Source: a virus. From it: a DNA stretch of 64,000 bases. Under the pieces are notes generated by a model that did not search any database, was not told where the DNA came from, and saw only the letters and a list, made by a program, of their open reading frames with translations. Where the stretch lies: positions 64,001 to 128,000 of the IMG/VR virus record IMGVR_UViG_3300023174_003623; one strand, written 5' to 3'. This document shows positions 21,208 to 31,911 of the stretch, piece by piece. The translations under genes and the position numbers were made by a program. How positions within the stretch are numbered: position 1 is the stretch's first letter; every line of letters starts with the position of its first letter.

Positions 21208-21948
21208 ATGGCTGCACCTACTACACGAGATCAATTTAAAGCCTATTGTCTTAGACGATTAGGTGCTCCAGTCATTGAAATTAATGTAGACGACGATCAA
21301 GTAGAAGATCGTGTAGATGATGCTTTGCGTTATTATTGGGACTATCATTTTGATGGTACTGATAAAGTTTATTATAAACACTTAGTTACTGAAACTGATA
21401 GAACTAATAAGTATATTACTATACCTGAAAATATTATTGGTGCAATTAATGTTTTTCCAATTGCAGATCCATCAATTCGTTCAGATGATCTTTTCAATAT
21501 TCGATATCAAATTGCTTTAAATGATTTGTATACACTTACCTCTGTATCAATGGTTCCATATTATATGGTCATGGAGCATCTTTCTTTAATTGCAGAGATG
21601 TTAGTCGGAAAACAACTTATCCGTTATAATCGTCATAAGAATCGTCTTTATGTCGATATGGATTGGAATTCTATCTCAAATGAATATCTTCTTATTGAAG
21701 CATATGAAGTTGTAGATCCCACAACTTATGTGGATGTTTGGAAAGATCAATGGCTAATGAGATATGCTACTGCTTTAATTAAACGCCAATGGGGTTCTAA
21801 TTTAACTAAGTTTGTAGGAATGCAACTTCCCGGTGGTCTAACATTTAACGGTGAAAAAATTTATAACGATGCTGTAGCCGAAATACAAGATTTAGAAGAT
21901 AAGATGATTTCGAGTTATTCATTGCCGGTTATGGATATGGTAGGCTAG
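21208..21948 (+). CDS. g13: Neck protein gp13
   Basis: YCLRRLGAPVIEINV, ALIKRQWG.NL.KF.GMQLPGG.T.NG. Confidence 0.95.
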   Translation: MAAPTTRDQFKAYCLRRLGAPVIEINVDDDQVEDRVDDALRYYWDYHFDGTDKVYYKHLVTETDRTNKYITIPENIIGAINVFPIADPSIRSDDLFNIRYQIALNDLYTLTSVSMVPYYMVMEHLSLIAEMLVGKQLIRYNRHKNRLYVDMDWNSISNEYLLIEAYEVVDPTTYVDVWKDQWLMRYATALIKRQWGSNLTKFVGMQLPGGLTFNGEKIYNDAVAEIQDLEDKMISSYSLPVMDMVG

Positions 21949-21959
21949 TTACCCCATTT

Positions 21960-21992
21960 TATAAATACTCTAAAACAATAGGAGTATTTGTA
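21960..21992 (+). promoter_or_regulatory. Late promoter within an RBS-sequestering hairpin
   Basis: TATAAATA at 21960-21967; tataaatactc pairs with gagtatttgta (RBS GGAG up to the A of ATG). Confidence 0.75.
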
Positions 21993-22666
21993 TGGAAAAA
22001 TATGGATTTGTATATATTTGGAGAGATCGTAAACATAATAGATATTATATAGGATCTCATTGGGGAACTGAATGCGATGGATATGTTTGTAGTTCTAAAT
22101 GGATGAATAAATCTTATAATAGAAGACCCAAAGATTTTAAAAGAAAAATTTTAGTTAAAATATATTCGTCTAAAAATGAATTATTAGAACAAGAATATAG
22201 GTGGCTTTCATTAATATCAGATGAGGAATTAGGTAAAAAATATTACAATTTTACTAAACATAAAAATGGACATTGGACAGCAGAAGATTATGAAAAAGAT
22301 ATAAGAAGAAGGATATCTCTTAAAACCAAAGAAGCAATGCAAAGACCAGAAGTTCGGCAGAAATATGAAGAAGGTTTAAAGACGAGAGATTGTCGTTCTT
22401 CAGATCTAGAAGTACGGGCAAAAAGAAGCTCATCTATGAAAGGTAAGAATAGAGGAGTTTTAAATAAATTGGAATCGTTATCAAAAGCATGGGAAACTAA
22501 TCGCGGAAAATCTTTATCACAAGATCACAAAGATAAAATCAAATCTGCTGGAATGTTTACGCAACTAAATAATAAACGTGTTACATGTACAGTATGTGGG
22601 TTTGAAGGTAATCCGGGTAATATTGGAAGATACCACAATAACAAATGTAAGAAAAGTATAAAATAA
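21992..22666 (+). mobile_element. Free-standing GIY-YIG homing endonuclease (Seg-like)
   Basis: GFVYIW...YYIGSH motif, conserved E and YN, C-terminal CTVC...RYHNNKC; inserted between g13 and g14. Confidence 0.85.
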
Positions 22667-23398
22667 ATGTGCCCTACCAGCGTTTTCTTCAATAACTTCG
22701 CAAGTTCTATGGAACAGAACTTGATTGAAAATTTGATTATCGAGTCAATTCGTATACATGGTCACGACATTTATTATATCCCAAGAGTATTGAAAAATAA
22801 AGATGAAATTTATGGAGAAGATAGTATCTCGGAATATAATGCCTCATATTTTGTTGAAGTTTATATTAAAGATATATCTGGATTTCAAGGTGAAGGCGAT
22901 TTTTTATCTAAATTTAATCTTCAAATTAGAGACCAAATAACATTTACTATAGCTCGTAGAACATTCTTTGATGAAATCTCCAGTTCTGATGAAATTGCCA
23001 GACCCCGTGAAGGAGATCTCATTTATCTCCCATTAAATAAAAAAATATTTGTAATTAAATTTGTTGAGCATGAATCAATTTTTTATCAATTAGGCGCACT
23101 ACAAACATTTGACATGATCTGTGAACTTTGGGAATACTCTAACGAAATTCTTAATACGGGTATTACAGAAATTGATTCTAAACAAAAACTATATTCTTTT
23201 GATTTTTCAAATTACAATCTATTAACTCAAGATTTATTTGCGATTCAAGATGAAGATGGTTATGATATTATTCAAGAGCAATTTGATTTTGTGACTCAAG
23301 TGGGTGATGCTTTTGAGGATAATACAGAACTTGAATTAGAAGCAGATGAGGTAATCGATTTTACAGCAATAGACCCCTTTAGTGAAGGTAATTATTAA
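22667..23398 (+). CDS. g14: Neck protein gp14
   Basis: ESI.I.G.D.YY.PR, G.GDFLSKF, RPREGDLIY, FYQLG, DPFSE. Confidence 0.95.
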   Translation: MCPTSVFFNNFASSMEQNLIENLIIESIRIHGHDIYYIPRVLKNKDEIYGEDSISEYNASYFVEVYIKDISGFQGEGDFLSKFNLQIRDQITFTIARRTFFDEISSSDEIARPREGDLIYLPLNKKIFVIKFVEHESIFYQLGALQTFDMICELWEYSNEILNTGITEIDSKQKLYSFDFSNYNLLTQDLFAIQDEDGYDIIQEQFDFVTQVGDAFEDNTELELEADEVIDFTAIDPFSEGNY

Positions 23399-23400
23399 TA

Positions 23401-24237
23401 ATGTTTAATACTTTTTATCACGGCACAATAAGAAAGTATATTGTTGCTTTCGGAACTCTTTTTAATGACATTTATATTAATCGTGTAAATTCCGATGATG
23501 AAAATGTTCAAACAATGAAAGTACCATTATCCTATGGGCCAAAGGAAAAGTTTTTATCACGATTAGATGGAGATCCCGAATTAAATAGACCAGTTGCTAT
23601 AGTTCTCCCTAGAATGGCTTTTGAATTGGTTACTATATCATATGATCCTGAAAGAAAATTAAATACACTCAATCGAAGTATTTCACAGAGCACGAATGAT
23701 ACAACTCAGTCATCATACCAATATCAATCTGTTCCTTATAATTTTGGAATTACTTTAGATATAATGACAAAAAACGCAGATGATGCAACTAGAATAGTAG
23801 AACAAATACTTCCATATTTTACACCTCAATGGACATTTAGTATTAACTTGATACCTGAATTAGCCGTACAAGTAGACGTACCTGTAATTTTAAATACAAC
23901 AAGTTTACAAGATACTTATGAAGGTGATTATCTCAACCGTAGAGCTATTGTTTGGTCTCTTGGATTTACGATAAAAGGGTATCTATTTGGTCCCACTAAA
24001 AAAGGTGGGATTATTAAAAGAGCATATACTAATTTTTATATACCTTCTACAAATACTGCCAGTGAAGGTGTAGGAAATACTGCGATATCTGAAAGAACTA
24101 CAATAACACCCGGACTTTTGGCAAATGGCTCTCCAACTTCAAACTCAAGTCAATCAATAGATATTTCTCTTATTGATGCTAATGATGATTACGGATATAT
24201 AGTAGAATTTGATAGTATTTCGGATATCATCGTATGA
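23401..24237 (+). CDS. g15: Tail sheath stabiliser gp15
   Basis: RKYIVAFGTLFN, VPLSYGPKEK, LPRMAFE, QILPYF.P. Confidence 0.95.
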   Translation: MFNTFYHGTIRKYIVAFGTLFNDIYINRVNSDDENVQTMKVPLSYGPKEKFLSRLDGDPELNRPVAIVLPRMAFELVTISYDPERKLNTLNRSISQSTNDTTQSSYQYQSVPYNFGITLDIMTKNADDATRIVEQILPYFTPQWTFSINLIPELAVQVDVPVILNTTSLQDTYEGDYLNRRAIVWSLGFTIKGYLFGPTKKGGIIKRAYTNFYIPSTNTASEGVGNTAISERTTITPGLLANGSPTSNSSQSIDISLIDANDDYGYIVEFDSISDIIV

Positions 24238-24599
24238 AATCAGATAAAATTATATCAAACGCTTTAGATATTGAAGAGTTTGAAGAATGCTCAACAGTTA
24301 TTCGTCAAACTGAAGAAGATGATTATGAATTTGCTCGTAGAAATCTTAAAGAACTTTTAATTAAAGGTTCTCTTGCTCTTGATAAAATGATTGAAGTGGC
24401 AGACCTATCTCAACATCCTCGTAGTTATGAGGTTGTATCTACCTTAATAAATTCCTTGTCTGCTTCAAATAAAGATCTTTTAGAATTAACTGTCAAGAAA
24501 AAAAGAATTGAAAAATCAGATAATAAAGAACAAACTGTTAATAATAATCTATTCATAGGATCTACTGCGGAGCTTCAGAAACTTTTGAAAGGCGAATAA
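24234..24599 (+). CDS. g16: Terminase small subunit gp16
   Basis: DDYE.AR, HPRSYEV, NNLFIGSTAELQKLL. Confidence 0.95.
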   Translation: MKSDKIISNALDIEEFEECSTVIRQTEEDDYEFARRNLKELLIKGSLALDKMIEVADLSQHPRSYEVVSTLINSLSASNKDLLELTVKKKRIEKSDNKEQTVNNNLFIGSTAELQKLLKGE

Positions 24600-24602
24600 A
24601 AT

Positions 24603-26222
24603 ATGTCAGGGGATAATTATCTTGGTAATCCTCTTATCAAGAAATCAAATGTAAGATTAAGTTTCACTGCTGAACAGATTCAAGAATACGCTAAATGCGT
24701 AAAAGACCCAGTACACTTTATACAGAATTATGTAAAAATTGTCAACATTGATGCGGGTTTGGTTACCTTTAATCTTTATTCTTATCAAAAAAAGATTGTA
24801 GAAACCGCTGTAAATAATCGATTTGTTATTTGTAAAATGCCTCGTCAATGTGGCAAAACTACAACAATCGTAGGTGTAATTCTTTGGCATATTTTATTTA
24901 ATGAAAACTATAATGTAGCTATCCTTGCTCATAAGGCTAGTCAGGCTCGTGAAATTCTATCGCGCATTCAATTTGCATATGAGCATCTTCCCAAGTGGAT
25001 GCAACAAGGTGTGGTCGAATGGAACAAGGGAAATATCGAGCTAGAAAATGGCGCGAAAGTGCTAGCTTCTGGCACATCTTCATCTGCTATTCGCGGTGGT
25101 TCATTTAATCTAATCTATCTTGACGAGTTTGCTTTCGTACCTAATAATCTTCAAGAACAGTTTTTCGCTTCAGTTTATCCTACCATTTCATCAGGTAAAA
25201 CATCTAAGGTTCTGATTACTTCCACACCAAATGGATTAAATCTTTTTTACAAGTTATGGACTGATAGTGTTGATGATAAAAATGAATATAAGCATGTAGA
25301 CGTACATTGGTCAGATACTCCCGGTAGAGATGAGCAATGGAAACGTCAAACCATTCGTAACACTTCGGAACAACAATTCAGAGTGGAATATGGTTGCGAG
25401 TTCTTGGGTTCATCTAATACGCTTATCGACCCATCCAAATTACAGACTTTAGTATTCTCTTATCCTATTAGTACCAAGTCGTATTTTGGTAGTGAAATGA
25501 AGGTCTATAAGGAACCAGAACAAGGTCATAAATACTTAGTTACAGTAGATGTAGCAGAAGGTGCGGGGTTAGACTATTCCGTTTGTCAAGTAATCGATGT
25601 TACATTTGTACCTTATCGTCAAGTTGCTACCTATAAGAACAATAATATTCATACACTAGTTTTTCCAGACGTTATAAGAAGCATTGCCATGTATTATAAC
25701 GAAGCACTGGTTTTAGTTGAAATAAATAGTATTGGAAAACAAGTCGTAGAAAGTCTTCATTACGACTTAGAATATGAAGGAATTTTGACTGTGGATAAGT
25801 CTATTGCGGCTGGTCAGAAATTGACGGGTGGCTTTGGAGGTAAAACACAAATGGGTGTCAGGACAACCACTCAAGTAAAACGGATTGGTTGCAGTAATTT
25901 AAAAACTCTAATAGAAACTGATAAACTTATTTTATGTGATTTCGATACTATTAATGAATTGTTCAGATTTGTTAGTATGCGAAATACATTTATGGCAGAA
26001 GAAGGAAACGATGACTTAGTAATGGGATTGGTTTTGTTCTCATGGCTAATAAACCAACCTTATTTTAAGGACATGTCAGAAAGTGATGTGCATAAAGTGC
26101 TGGTAGAAGCTGCAATGGAGGATGATCTTTTACCATTCATTTATGAAGAAAACGTTTCGACCTATAACAATGAACCAGTAGAGGTGGCTCCTGATCAATT
26201 TGAATCATATATGACTAATTAA
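24603..26222 (+). CDS. g17: Terminase large subunit gp17
   Basis: YLGNP, PRQCGKTT Walker A, IYLDEFAF, STPNG, VDVAEG.G.DYS, DDLVM. Confidence 0.97.
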   Translation: MSGDNYLGNPLIKKSNVRLSFTAEQIQEYAKCVKDPVHFIQNYVKIVNIDAGLVTFNLYSYQKKIVETAVNNRFVICKMPRQCGKTTTIVGVILWHILFNENYNVAILAHKASQAREILSRIQFAYEHLPKWMQQGVVEWNKGNIELENGAKVLASGTSSSAIRGGSFNLIYLDEFAFVPNNLQEQFFASVYPTISSGKTSKVLITSTPNGLNLFYKLWTDSVDDKNEYKHVDVHWSDTPGRDEQWKRQTIRNTSEQQFRVEYGCEFLGSSNTLIDPSKLQTLVFSYPISTKSYFGSEMKVYKEPEQGHKYLVTVDVAEGAGLDYSVCQVIDVTFVPYRQVATYKNNNIHTLVFPDVIRSIAMYYNEALVLVEINSIGKQVVESLHYDLEYEGILTVDKSIAAGQKLTGGFGGKTQMGVRTTTQVKRIGCSNLKTLIETDKLILCDFDTINELFRFVSMRNTFMAEEGNDDLVMGLVLFSWLINQPYFKDMSESDVHKVLVEAAMEDDLLPFIYEENVSTYNNEPVEVAPDQFESYMTN

Positions 26223-26298
26223 AATCGTAAAATAATAAATAGAACAATAGCATATATCATCAAATCTGCTAAACGTTTTTCGTAAGGGAGAATAAACC

Positions 26299-28443
26299 AT
26301 GCCATTCCAAGTTAGTCCCGGAGTCAATGTATCTGAAATTGACTTAACCACTATAGTTCCTGCGGTATCCACAACAGAAGGTGCGATTGCAGGTGTTTTC
26401 CGTTGGGGTCCAATCGATAGAGCAGTACTTATCGACTCAGAAGATAAACTTGCTGCTCGATTTGGTAAACCTGACAATACAAATCCAGAAACCTTTTTTA
26501 CTGCTGCAAACTTCCTTGCATATGGCAACAAGCTTTATGTAAGTCGTGCAGCTAATACCACTGATGGCACTGGCGTTAGCGGTGTTCTATCAGCCATGGC
26601 AAATGTTGCTGCAATCGTTTCAAATGCAGTACACATTGTATTAAATGAGGATGATTATACTACTAAATCATCTGGTTTTGAAGCTGGTGTAGACTATATT
26701 GCAAAATATCCCGGTGCATTAGGCAATTCACTTAAAGTTTCTGTATGCGATTCAGTAAATGCATATGGTTCAAATTTGTCTATGTTTGTTCCTATCAATT
26801 CAGCATATAATGTATCTATTCCTACAAATATTTCAAATGCAGGAATTTCATTTATTGTAGGATCAAACCAAGCTACTATCTTTATTGCTAATAGTGCTGG
26901 TAGTTGGGATACTGGTGCAGGTACAAGTTCTGCACAATATGGTCTAGAAGCAATTGTAGCTAATACACTTATAGTTGGTAGTATTCTAAAAGCTGGTAAT
27001 GCTACATTAGGTATACAAGATCTTCGTATTACTGGATTTGCTGCTAACGCTGTATATTCTGCTGGTAATACAACTTATGTAGTTAATTTAAATACCAATT
27101 ATAGTTTATCTTCTAATTTTTATGCAAATACAATTGTAAACAATTGGGAATACTATAACGCAGTTTCTAAAGCTCCTAGTCCTTCAGTTTATCAAAAGAG
27201 TTTTGGTGGTAATTCGGCAGTTGTCGATGAACTTCATGTTGTAGTTGCCGATGAAGATGGCAAATTTACTGGTGTTCCCGGTACAATTCTTGAAGTATTC
27301 CAAGGTCTTTCAAGAGCTACAGATGCTAAAACACAAGATGGTAATACATTATACTACAAAAATGTAATTAATCAAAATTCAAATTATGTTTGGTGGGCAT
27401 CTGATCGTGGTGGTTCTAGTTCAGCAACTTCTCTTGTAATTACCAATTCAACTAATTCTAAACCAATGACTTTATCATTTATTAATGGTTCAGATGGTGT
27501 TGATGAATCAAGCATTGCAATTGGCAATTTAACTCGTGCTTATGACAAATTTAAATCCGCAGAAGATATTGATGTTTCGCTCATTCTTCAAGGTAAAGCT
27601 CGTGGTGGGTCTACACAACCAACTGGTGCTGTTGCCACTGCTGTTGGATATCAACTTGCAAATTATTTAATTGATAATATTGCTGGCTCTCGCAAAGATT
27701 GTGTAGTGTTTATATCACCAGATAAAGATGATGTTGTCAACAATATTGGTAAAGATGAATATCAAGATATTGTTGATTTTAGACTTGCGCTTTCTTCTAG
27801 TTCATATGCTGTGATAGACTCTGGTTATAAATACCAATATGACAAGTATAATGATGTTTATCGTTGGGTTCCTTTGAATGGTGATATTGCTGGTCTTGCA
27901 GTTCGTACTGATAATTTAAGAGATCCATGGTGGTCACCTGCTGGTTTTAATCGTGGTCAAATTAAAAATATCATTAAACTAGCTTATAATCCTGCTAAAG
28001 CAGAACGTGACATTCTTTATAAGAATGATATTAATCCAGTCTGCATATTCCCCGGCCAAGGTACGGTGTTATTTGGTGATAAAACGCTTCTTGGCAAACC
28101 AAGTGCATTTGACCGAATCAACGTTCGTCGTTTGTTCATCGTTCTTGAAAAAGCAATTGCAACTGCCGCTAAATTTACGTTATTTGAATTTAATGATGCA
28201 TTTACAAGAGCACAATTTAGAAACTTAGTTGAACCTTTCCTAAGAGACGTTCAGGGTCGTCGTGGTATCTACGACTTCAAGGTTGTTTGTGATGAAACAA
28301 ACAATACTGGTGAAGTTATTGACCGCAACGAATTTGTAGGAGACATTTACATCAAACCAGCACGCAGCATCAACTTTATTCAGTTGAACTTTGTAGCAGT
28401 TAGAACTGGTGTCGAATTCTCTGAAGTTGTTGGCAATTTCTAA
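26299..28443 (+). CDS. g18: Tail sheath protein gp18
   Basis: SPGV...EIDLT, PWWSPAG.NRG, AFDRINVRRLF, KPARSINFI.LNF. Confidence 0.97.
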   Translation: MPFQVSPGVNVSEIDLTTIVPAVSTTEGAIAGVFRWGPIDRAVLIDSEDKLAARFGKPDNTNPETFFTAANFLAYGNKLYVSRAANTTDGTGVSGVLSAMANVAAIVSNAVHIVLNEDDYTTKSSGFEAGVDYIAKYPGALGNSLKVSVCDSVNAYGSNLSMFVPINSAYNVSIPTNISNAGISFIVGSNQATIFIANSAGSWDTGAGTSSAQYGLEAIVANTLIVGSILKAGNATLGIQDLRITGFAANAVYSAGNTTYVVNLNTNYSLSSNFYANTIVNNWEYYNAVSKAPSPSVYQKSFGGNSAVVDELHVVVADEDGKFTGVPGTILEVFQGLSRATDAKTQDGNTLYYKNVINQNSNYVWWASDRGGSSSATSLVITNSTNSKPMTLSFINGSDGVDESSIAIGNLTRAYDKFKSAEDIDVSLILQGKARGGSTQPTGAVATAVGYQLANYLIDNIAGSRKDCVVFISPDKDDVVNNIGKDEYQDIVDFRLALSSSSYAVIDSGYKYQYDKYNDVYRWVPLNGDIAGLAVRTDNLRDPWWSPAGFNRGQIKNIIKLAYNPAKAERDILYKNDINPVCIFPGQGTVLFGDKTLLGKPSAFDRINVRRLFIVLEKAIATAAKFTLFEFNDAFTRAQFRNLVEPFLRDVQGRRGIYDFKVVCDETNNTGEVIDRNEFVGDIYIKPARSINFIQLNFVAVRTGVEFSEVVGNF

Positions 28444-28474
28444 TAAATAGGTTTAACTAGCAAGGAGAATTTAA

Positions 28475-29026
28475 ATGGCTTTCAATATTAATGAAATTAA
28501 AAGTCAAATGTTATTTGATGGAGCGCGACCTGCGCTCTTTCAGGTAACTCTACAAAACCCTGCAAATTCTGTAGCAGATATTAAGTTTCCATTTATGTGT
28601 GAGGCTACAGCATTACCCGCAGCAGATGTTGGTACAGTTCAAGTCCCATATTTTGGTAGATTTATCAAATTAGCTGGAGACCGTGTTTATGCTGATTGGC
28701 AGGTAACTATTATTAATGATGAAGATTTTTTAGTTAGAAATGCCCTTGAAGAGTGGTCTAATAAGATTAACTCTTTCCAAGGTAACATTAGAGCTTTTGG
28801 ATCAGCATCACCATTATTATATAAGTCACAGGCGCAAGTAATTCAATATTCAAAAACTGGTGTTCCAATTCGGACTTATCAATTTAATGGAATTTTCCCA
28901 ACTGTTATAAGCGATATTCCGCTTTCATGGTCTACACAAAATGAAATTGAAAGATTTACGGTAACCTTTGCCGTTGATTATTGGGAAGTTTCCGGTGGAA
29001 TTACCGGAAATGCGGGCGGTATTTAA
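28475..29026 (+). CDS. g19: Tail tube protein gp19
   Basis: GARP.LF.V, LAGDR...W.VT..NDEDF. Confidence 0.95.
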   Translation: MAFNINEIKSQMLFDGARPALFQVTLQNPANSVADIKFPFMCEATALPAADVGTVQVPYFGRFIKLAGDRVYADWQVTIINDEDFLVRNALEEWSNKINSFQGNIRAFGSASPLLYKSQAQVIQYSKTGVPIRTYQFNGIFPTVISDIPLSWSTQNEIERFTVTFAVDYWEVSGGITGNAGGI

Positions 29027-29032
29027 TAATAA

Positions 29033-29060
29033 AGGGGGAAAATTTCTTCCCCCTATTTTT
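29033..29060 (+). terminator. Rho-independent terminator
   Basis: agggggaa/ttccccct stem followed by attttt, after g19. Confidence 0.75.
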
Positions 29061-29074
29061 AGTGAGATAATATA

Positions 29075-30634
29075 ATGGCAGGATCACCAAGTATTTTTGG
29101 GTTTCAATTCAAGCGAAAAAAAGAAGATGATAAAAGCAATAACGAATCATTCGCACCGTTAATTCAAGATGACGGTGCAGTCGCTGTTGCGGCTGGTGGT
29201 GCATATGGTACTTATGTAGATTTAGAAGGTTCTGCTCGTACAGAAGCAGAACTTGTTACCAAATACCGAGAAATGTCGCTTCATGCAGAACTCGATTCTG
29301 CAATTGAAGATATTGTTAATGAAGCGATTATTGTAGATGATGATTTTGATCGCGCTATCGAAATCAATCTAGATAAAACTGGACTTTCTGATAAACTTAA
29401 AGGTGCTATTCGTCAAGAGTTTTCTCAAATTCTTCAGTTGTTTGAATTCAATACACACAGCTATGATATCTTTAGACGTTGGTATATTGATGGTAGACTA
29501 TACTATCATGTAATTATCGATGATGCTAGACCCCAAGATGGTATTAAAGAATTTCGGTATATAGATCCAAGAAAAATTCGTAAGATTCGTGAAGTAAAGA
29601 AAAAGCCTATACCAAATTTTAACATTGAAGTTACAAAAAATCAACAAGAATATTTTATATACAATGAAAAGGGGTTTAGTCAAAACATAGGCCCAACTTC
29701 TACTGGTACTGGTAGCACTGGTGTTAAGATTTCTGCTGATGCAATTCTTCATATTACATCAGGATTAACAGATAAAAACAATCAATTAGTATTAGGATTT
29801 CTTCATACTGCAATTAAGCCATTAAATCAACTTAGAACACTTGAAGATGCCACATTAATTTATAGAATTTCTCGCGCACCAGAACGTCGAGTATTTTATA
29901 TCGATGTAGGTAACTTGCCTAAAATGAAAGCTGAACAATATCTTCGTGATATTATGGCAAGATTTAAAAACCGAGTTGTGTACGATTCTTCTACTGGTGA
30001 AGTAAGAGATGACAGAAAGTTTATGACCATGTTAGAAGATTTCTGGCTACCTCGTCGTGAAGGTGGTAAAGGAACAGAAATTCAAACACTTCCTCCCGGT
30101 CAAAATTTGGGGCAATTAGAAGATGTTAAATACTTTCAAAGAAATCTTTACAAAGCTTTAAAAATTCCTGTCAATCGTATTGAACCTGAACAGACTTACA
30201 ATCTTGGTCGTGCAACTGAAATTACAAGAGACGAAGTGAAATTTGCTAAATTTGTAAATAGATTGCAGACTCGTTTTGCAACTTTATTTTTAAATGCTCT
30301 TGAAAAACAATTAATTCTTAAAAAGATTATCACACCAGAAGATTGGGTGGTTCTCAGTAATTCAATATCATTTGATTTTGCTAGAGATAATCATTATGCA
30401 GAATTGAAAGAATTAGAAATTGTAAACAACAGAATGGCGGCTGTACAAGCTGTAGACCCATTTGTTGGAAAATATTTCTCAGTTGAGTGGGTTCAGAAAA
30501 ACCTTTTACGTCAAAAAGATGAAGATATAGAAGAAATTATGCAACAAATAGGTAATGAAGTCCAGCAGGGAATTATTCAACCTGTAGAACAACCAGAGCA
30601 GGCTGCTGCTCCTGCCAAATCAAGTAAAAAATAA
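29075..30634 (+). CDS. g20: Portal protein gp20
   Basis: FRRWYIDGR, YRISRAPERRVFYIDVGNLP, EDFWLPRREGG.GTEI.TLP. Confidence 0.97.
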   Translation: MAGSPSIFGFQFKRKKEDDKSNNESFAPLIQDDGAVAVAAGGAYGTYVDLEGSARTEAELVTKYREMSLHAELDSAIEDIVNEAIIVDDDFDRAIEINLDKTGLSDKLKGAIRQEFSQILQLFEFNTHSYDIFRRWYIDGRLYYHVIIDDARPQDGIKEFRYIDPRKIRKIREVKKKPIPNFNIEVTKNQQEYFIYNEKGFSQNIGPTSTGTGSTGVKISADAILHITSGLTDKNNQLVLGFLHTAIKPLNQLRTLEDATLIYRISRAPERRVFYIDVGNLPKMKAEQYLRDIMARFKNRVVYDSSTGEVRDDRKFMTMLEDFWLPRREGGKGTEIQTLPPGQNLGQLEDVKYFQRNLYKALKIPVNRIEPEQTYNLGRATEITRDEVKFAKFVNRLQTRFATLFLNALEKQLILKKIITPEDWVVLSNSISFDFARDNHYAELKELEIVNNRMAAVQAVDPFVGKYFSVEWVQKNLLRQKDEDIEEIMQQIGNEVQQGIIQPVEQPEQAAAPAKSSKK

Positions 30635-30637
30635 TTT

Positions 30638-30645
30638 TATAAATA
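30638..30645 (+). promoter_or_regulatory. T4-type late promoter
   Basis: TATAAATA just upstream of the RBS of the prohead core gene. Confidence 0.75.
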
Positions 30646-30657
30646 TAGGAAATTACC

Positions 30658-30918
30658 ATGTCTAATATAGAAATAATTGATTTAATTAAGTATGCAAATG
30701 AAAATCAACCTGTAAATTTTTCGGCTGCATTAGACAATATTTTAAGTCAAAAGACATTAGATGCTCTTGTTACAAAAAAAGAAGAAGTATCATCTACAAT
30801 GTTCAATGGCCCAGATGATGAAGAATATGAAGATGATGAAGAATATGAAGATGATGAAGAATATGAAAATACAGAAGACAACACCGAATTAGAAGACGAT
30901 GGAGAAATAGATGATTAA
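30658..30918 (+). CDS. Prohead core protein, gp67-like
   Basis: Small acidic protein directly after g20. Confidence 0.65.
   Translation: MSNIEIIDLIKYANENQPVNFSAALDNILSQKTLDALVTKKEEVSSTMFNGPDDEEYEDDEEYEDDEEYENTEDNTELEDDGEIDD
30814..30867 (+). repeat. 18-nt perfect tandem repeat x3 (DDEEYE)
   Basis: gatgatgaagaatatgaa three times. Confidence 0.95.
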
Positions 30919-31909
30919 TTTATCAGAACTTTTAGATCGTGCTAAAAAGAAGGCTTTAGAAAAACCTGATAATAAAGATGGGTATGCTCCAAAAAGCACT
31001 GATGAATTACGATTCAAACGTAAACATGTAGTTAATACTACACCAGATGCTAATAAAAATGGTGATGATGTGTTCAAGGGCACCAGCGTTAAGGCTGTAG
31101 ATCGTGCTGGAACACGCTTTGGTTATAATCCCGGTCAAGATGAAGAAGTTTATGAAGAAGTCAAGAAGAAAAAAGTGTGCAAGGAATGTGGTAAAAAATA
31201 CACAGGAAAGCAATGTTCTTGTTGCATGAATGAAGCAAAAACAAGAATGCCATTAGATGGGCACCCTTATCATAATAAATCTGATGCTGAATTAAAATAC
31301 ATAATTAAAGATGCGGGTGAAGCTGCTCAGGCTATGCGTGGTCAAGATTCCAAAGCTGAAAATAAATATTTAGACCAAGTTAATGATGCATCCACAATTC
31401 TTGCTTATCGTCAAAAGCTTCAAAAAAATTCTTATGAACCAGATGGTGAACATATTTCTGAAATGCAATGGAATTATGGAAAAAAAAGAGAACCATCACC
31501 AAATCCACACCCAGACCATGAATTCAATAAATTATCAGACAAAGAATTAAAAAATATTATAGACACACATAATCAAACTTATCCAGAACGCAATGATTAT
31601 GACCCAACCGGTAACAGACCTTCAAGAAAAACTCCATTAGGGAGTAATTGGTCTTATATGTCAGATAGAGACAAACAAAAAGAGATAAAACAAAACCCAA
31701 AAATTCAAGAATACTTGAAATCAGCTAAAAATTTTCCAATTGCTAAGGAGATCTTACGTTGGAGAGACGGTCAAGTTAATGAATCTGCTGCTCCCGGTAA
31801 AGAAGATTGGATTAAAGCAAATAAACAAAGATTTATCAAGCAATATGGTAAAGAAAAAGGATTAAAAATCCTTTATGCCAAAGCTTGGGCAATGTCAAAG
31901 GGTAAATAA
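30911..31909 (+). CDS. Modular prohead core/internal head protein
   Basis: Lies between the gp67-like gene and g21; charged modules separated by xxE sites; CKEC..CSCC; C-terminal FIKQYG....ILYAKAW. Confidence 0.6.
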   Translation: MINLSELLDRAKKKALEKPDNKDGYAPKSTDELRFKRKHVVNTTPDANKNGDDVFKGTSVKAVDRAGTRFGYNPGQDEEVYEEVKKKKVCKECGKKYTGKQCSCCMNEAKTRMPLDGHPYHNKSDAELKYIIKDAGEAAQAMRGQDSKAENKYLDQVNDASTILAYRQKLQKNSYEPDGEHISEMQWNYGKKREPSPNPHPDHEFNKLSDKELKNIIDTHNQTYPERNDYDPTGNRPSRKTPLGSNWSYMSDRDKQKEIKQNPKIQEYLKSAKNFPIAKEILRWRDGQVNESAAPGKEDWIKANKQRFIKQYGKEKGLKILYAKAWAMSKGK

Positions 31910-31911
31910 CT

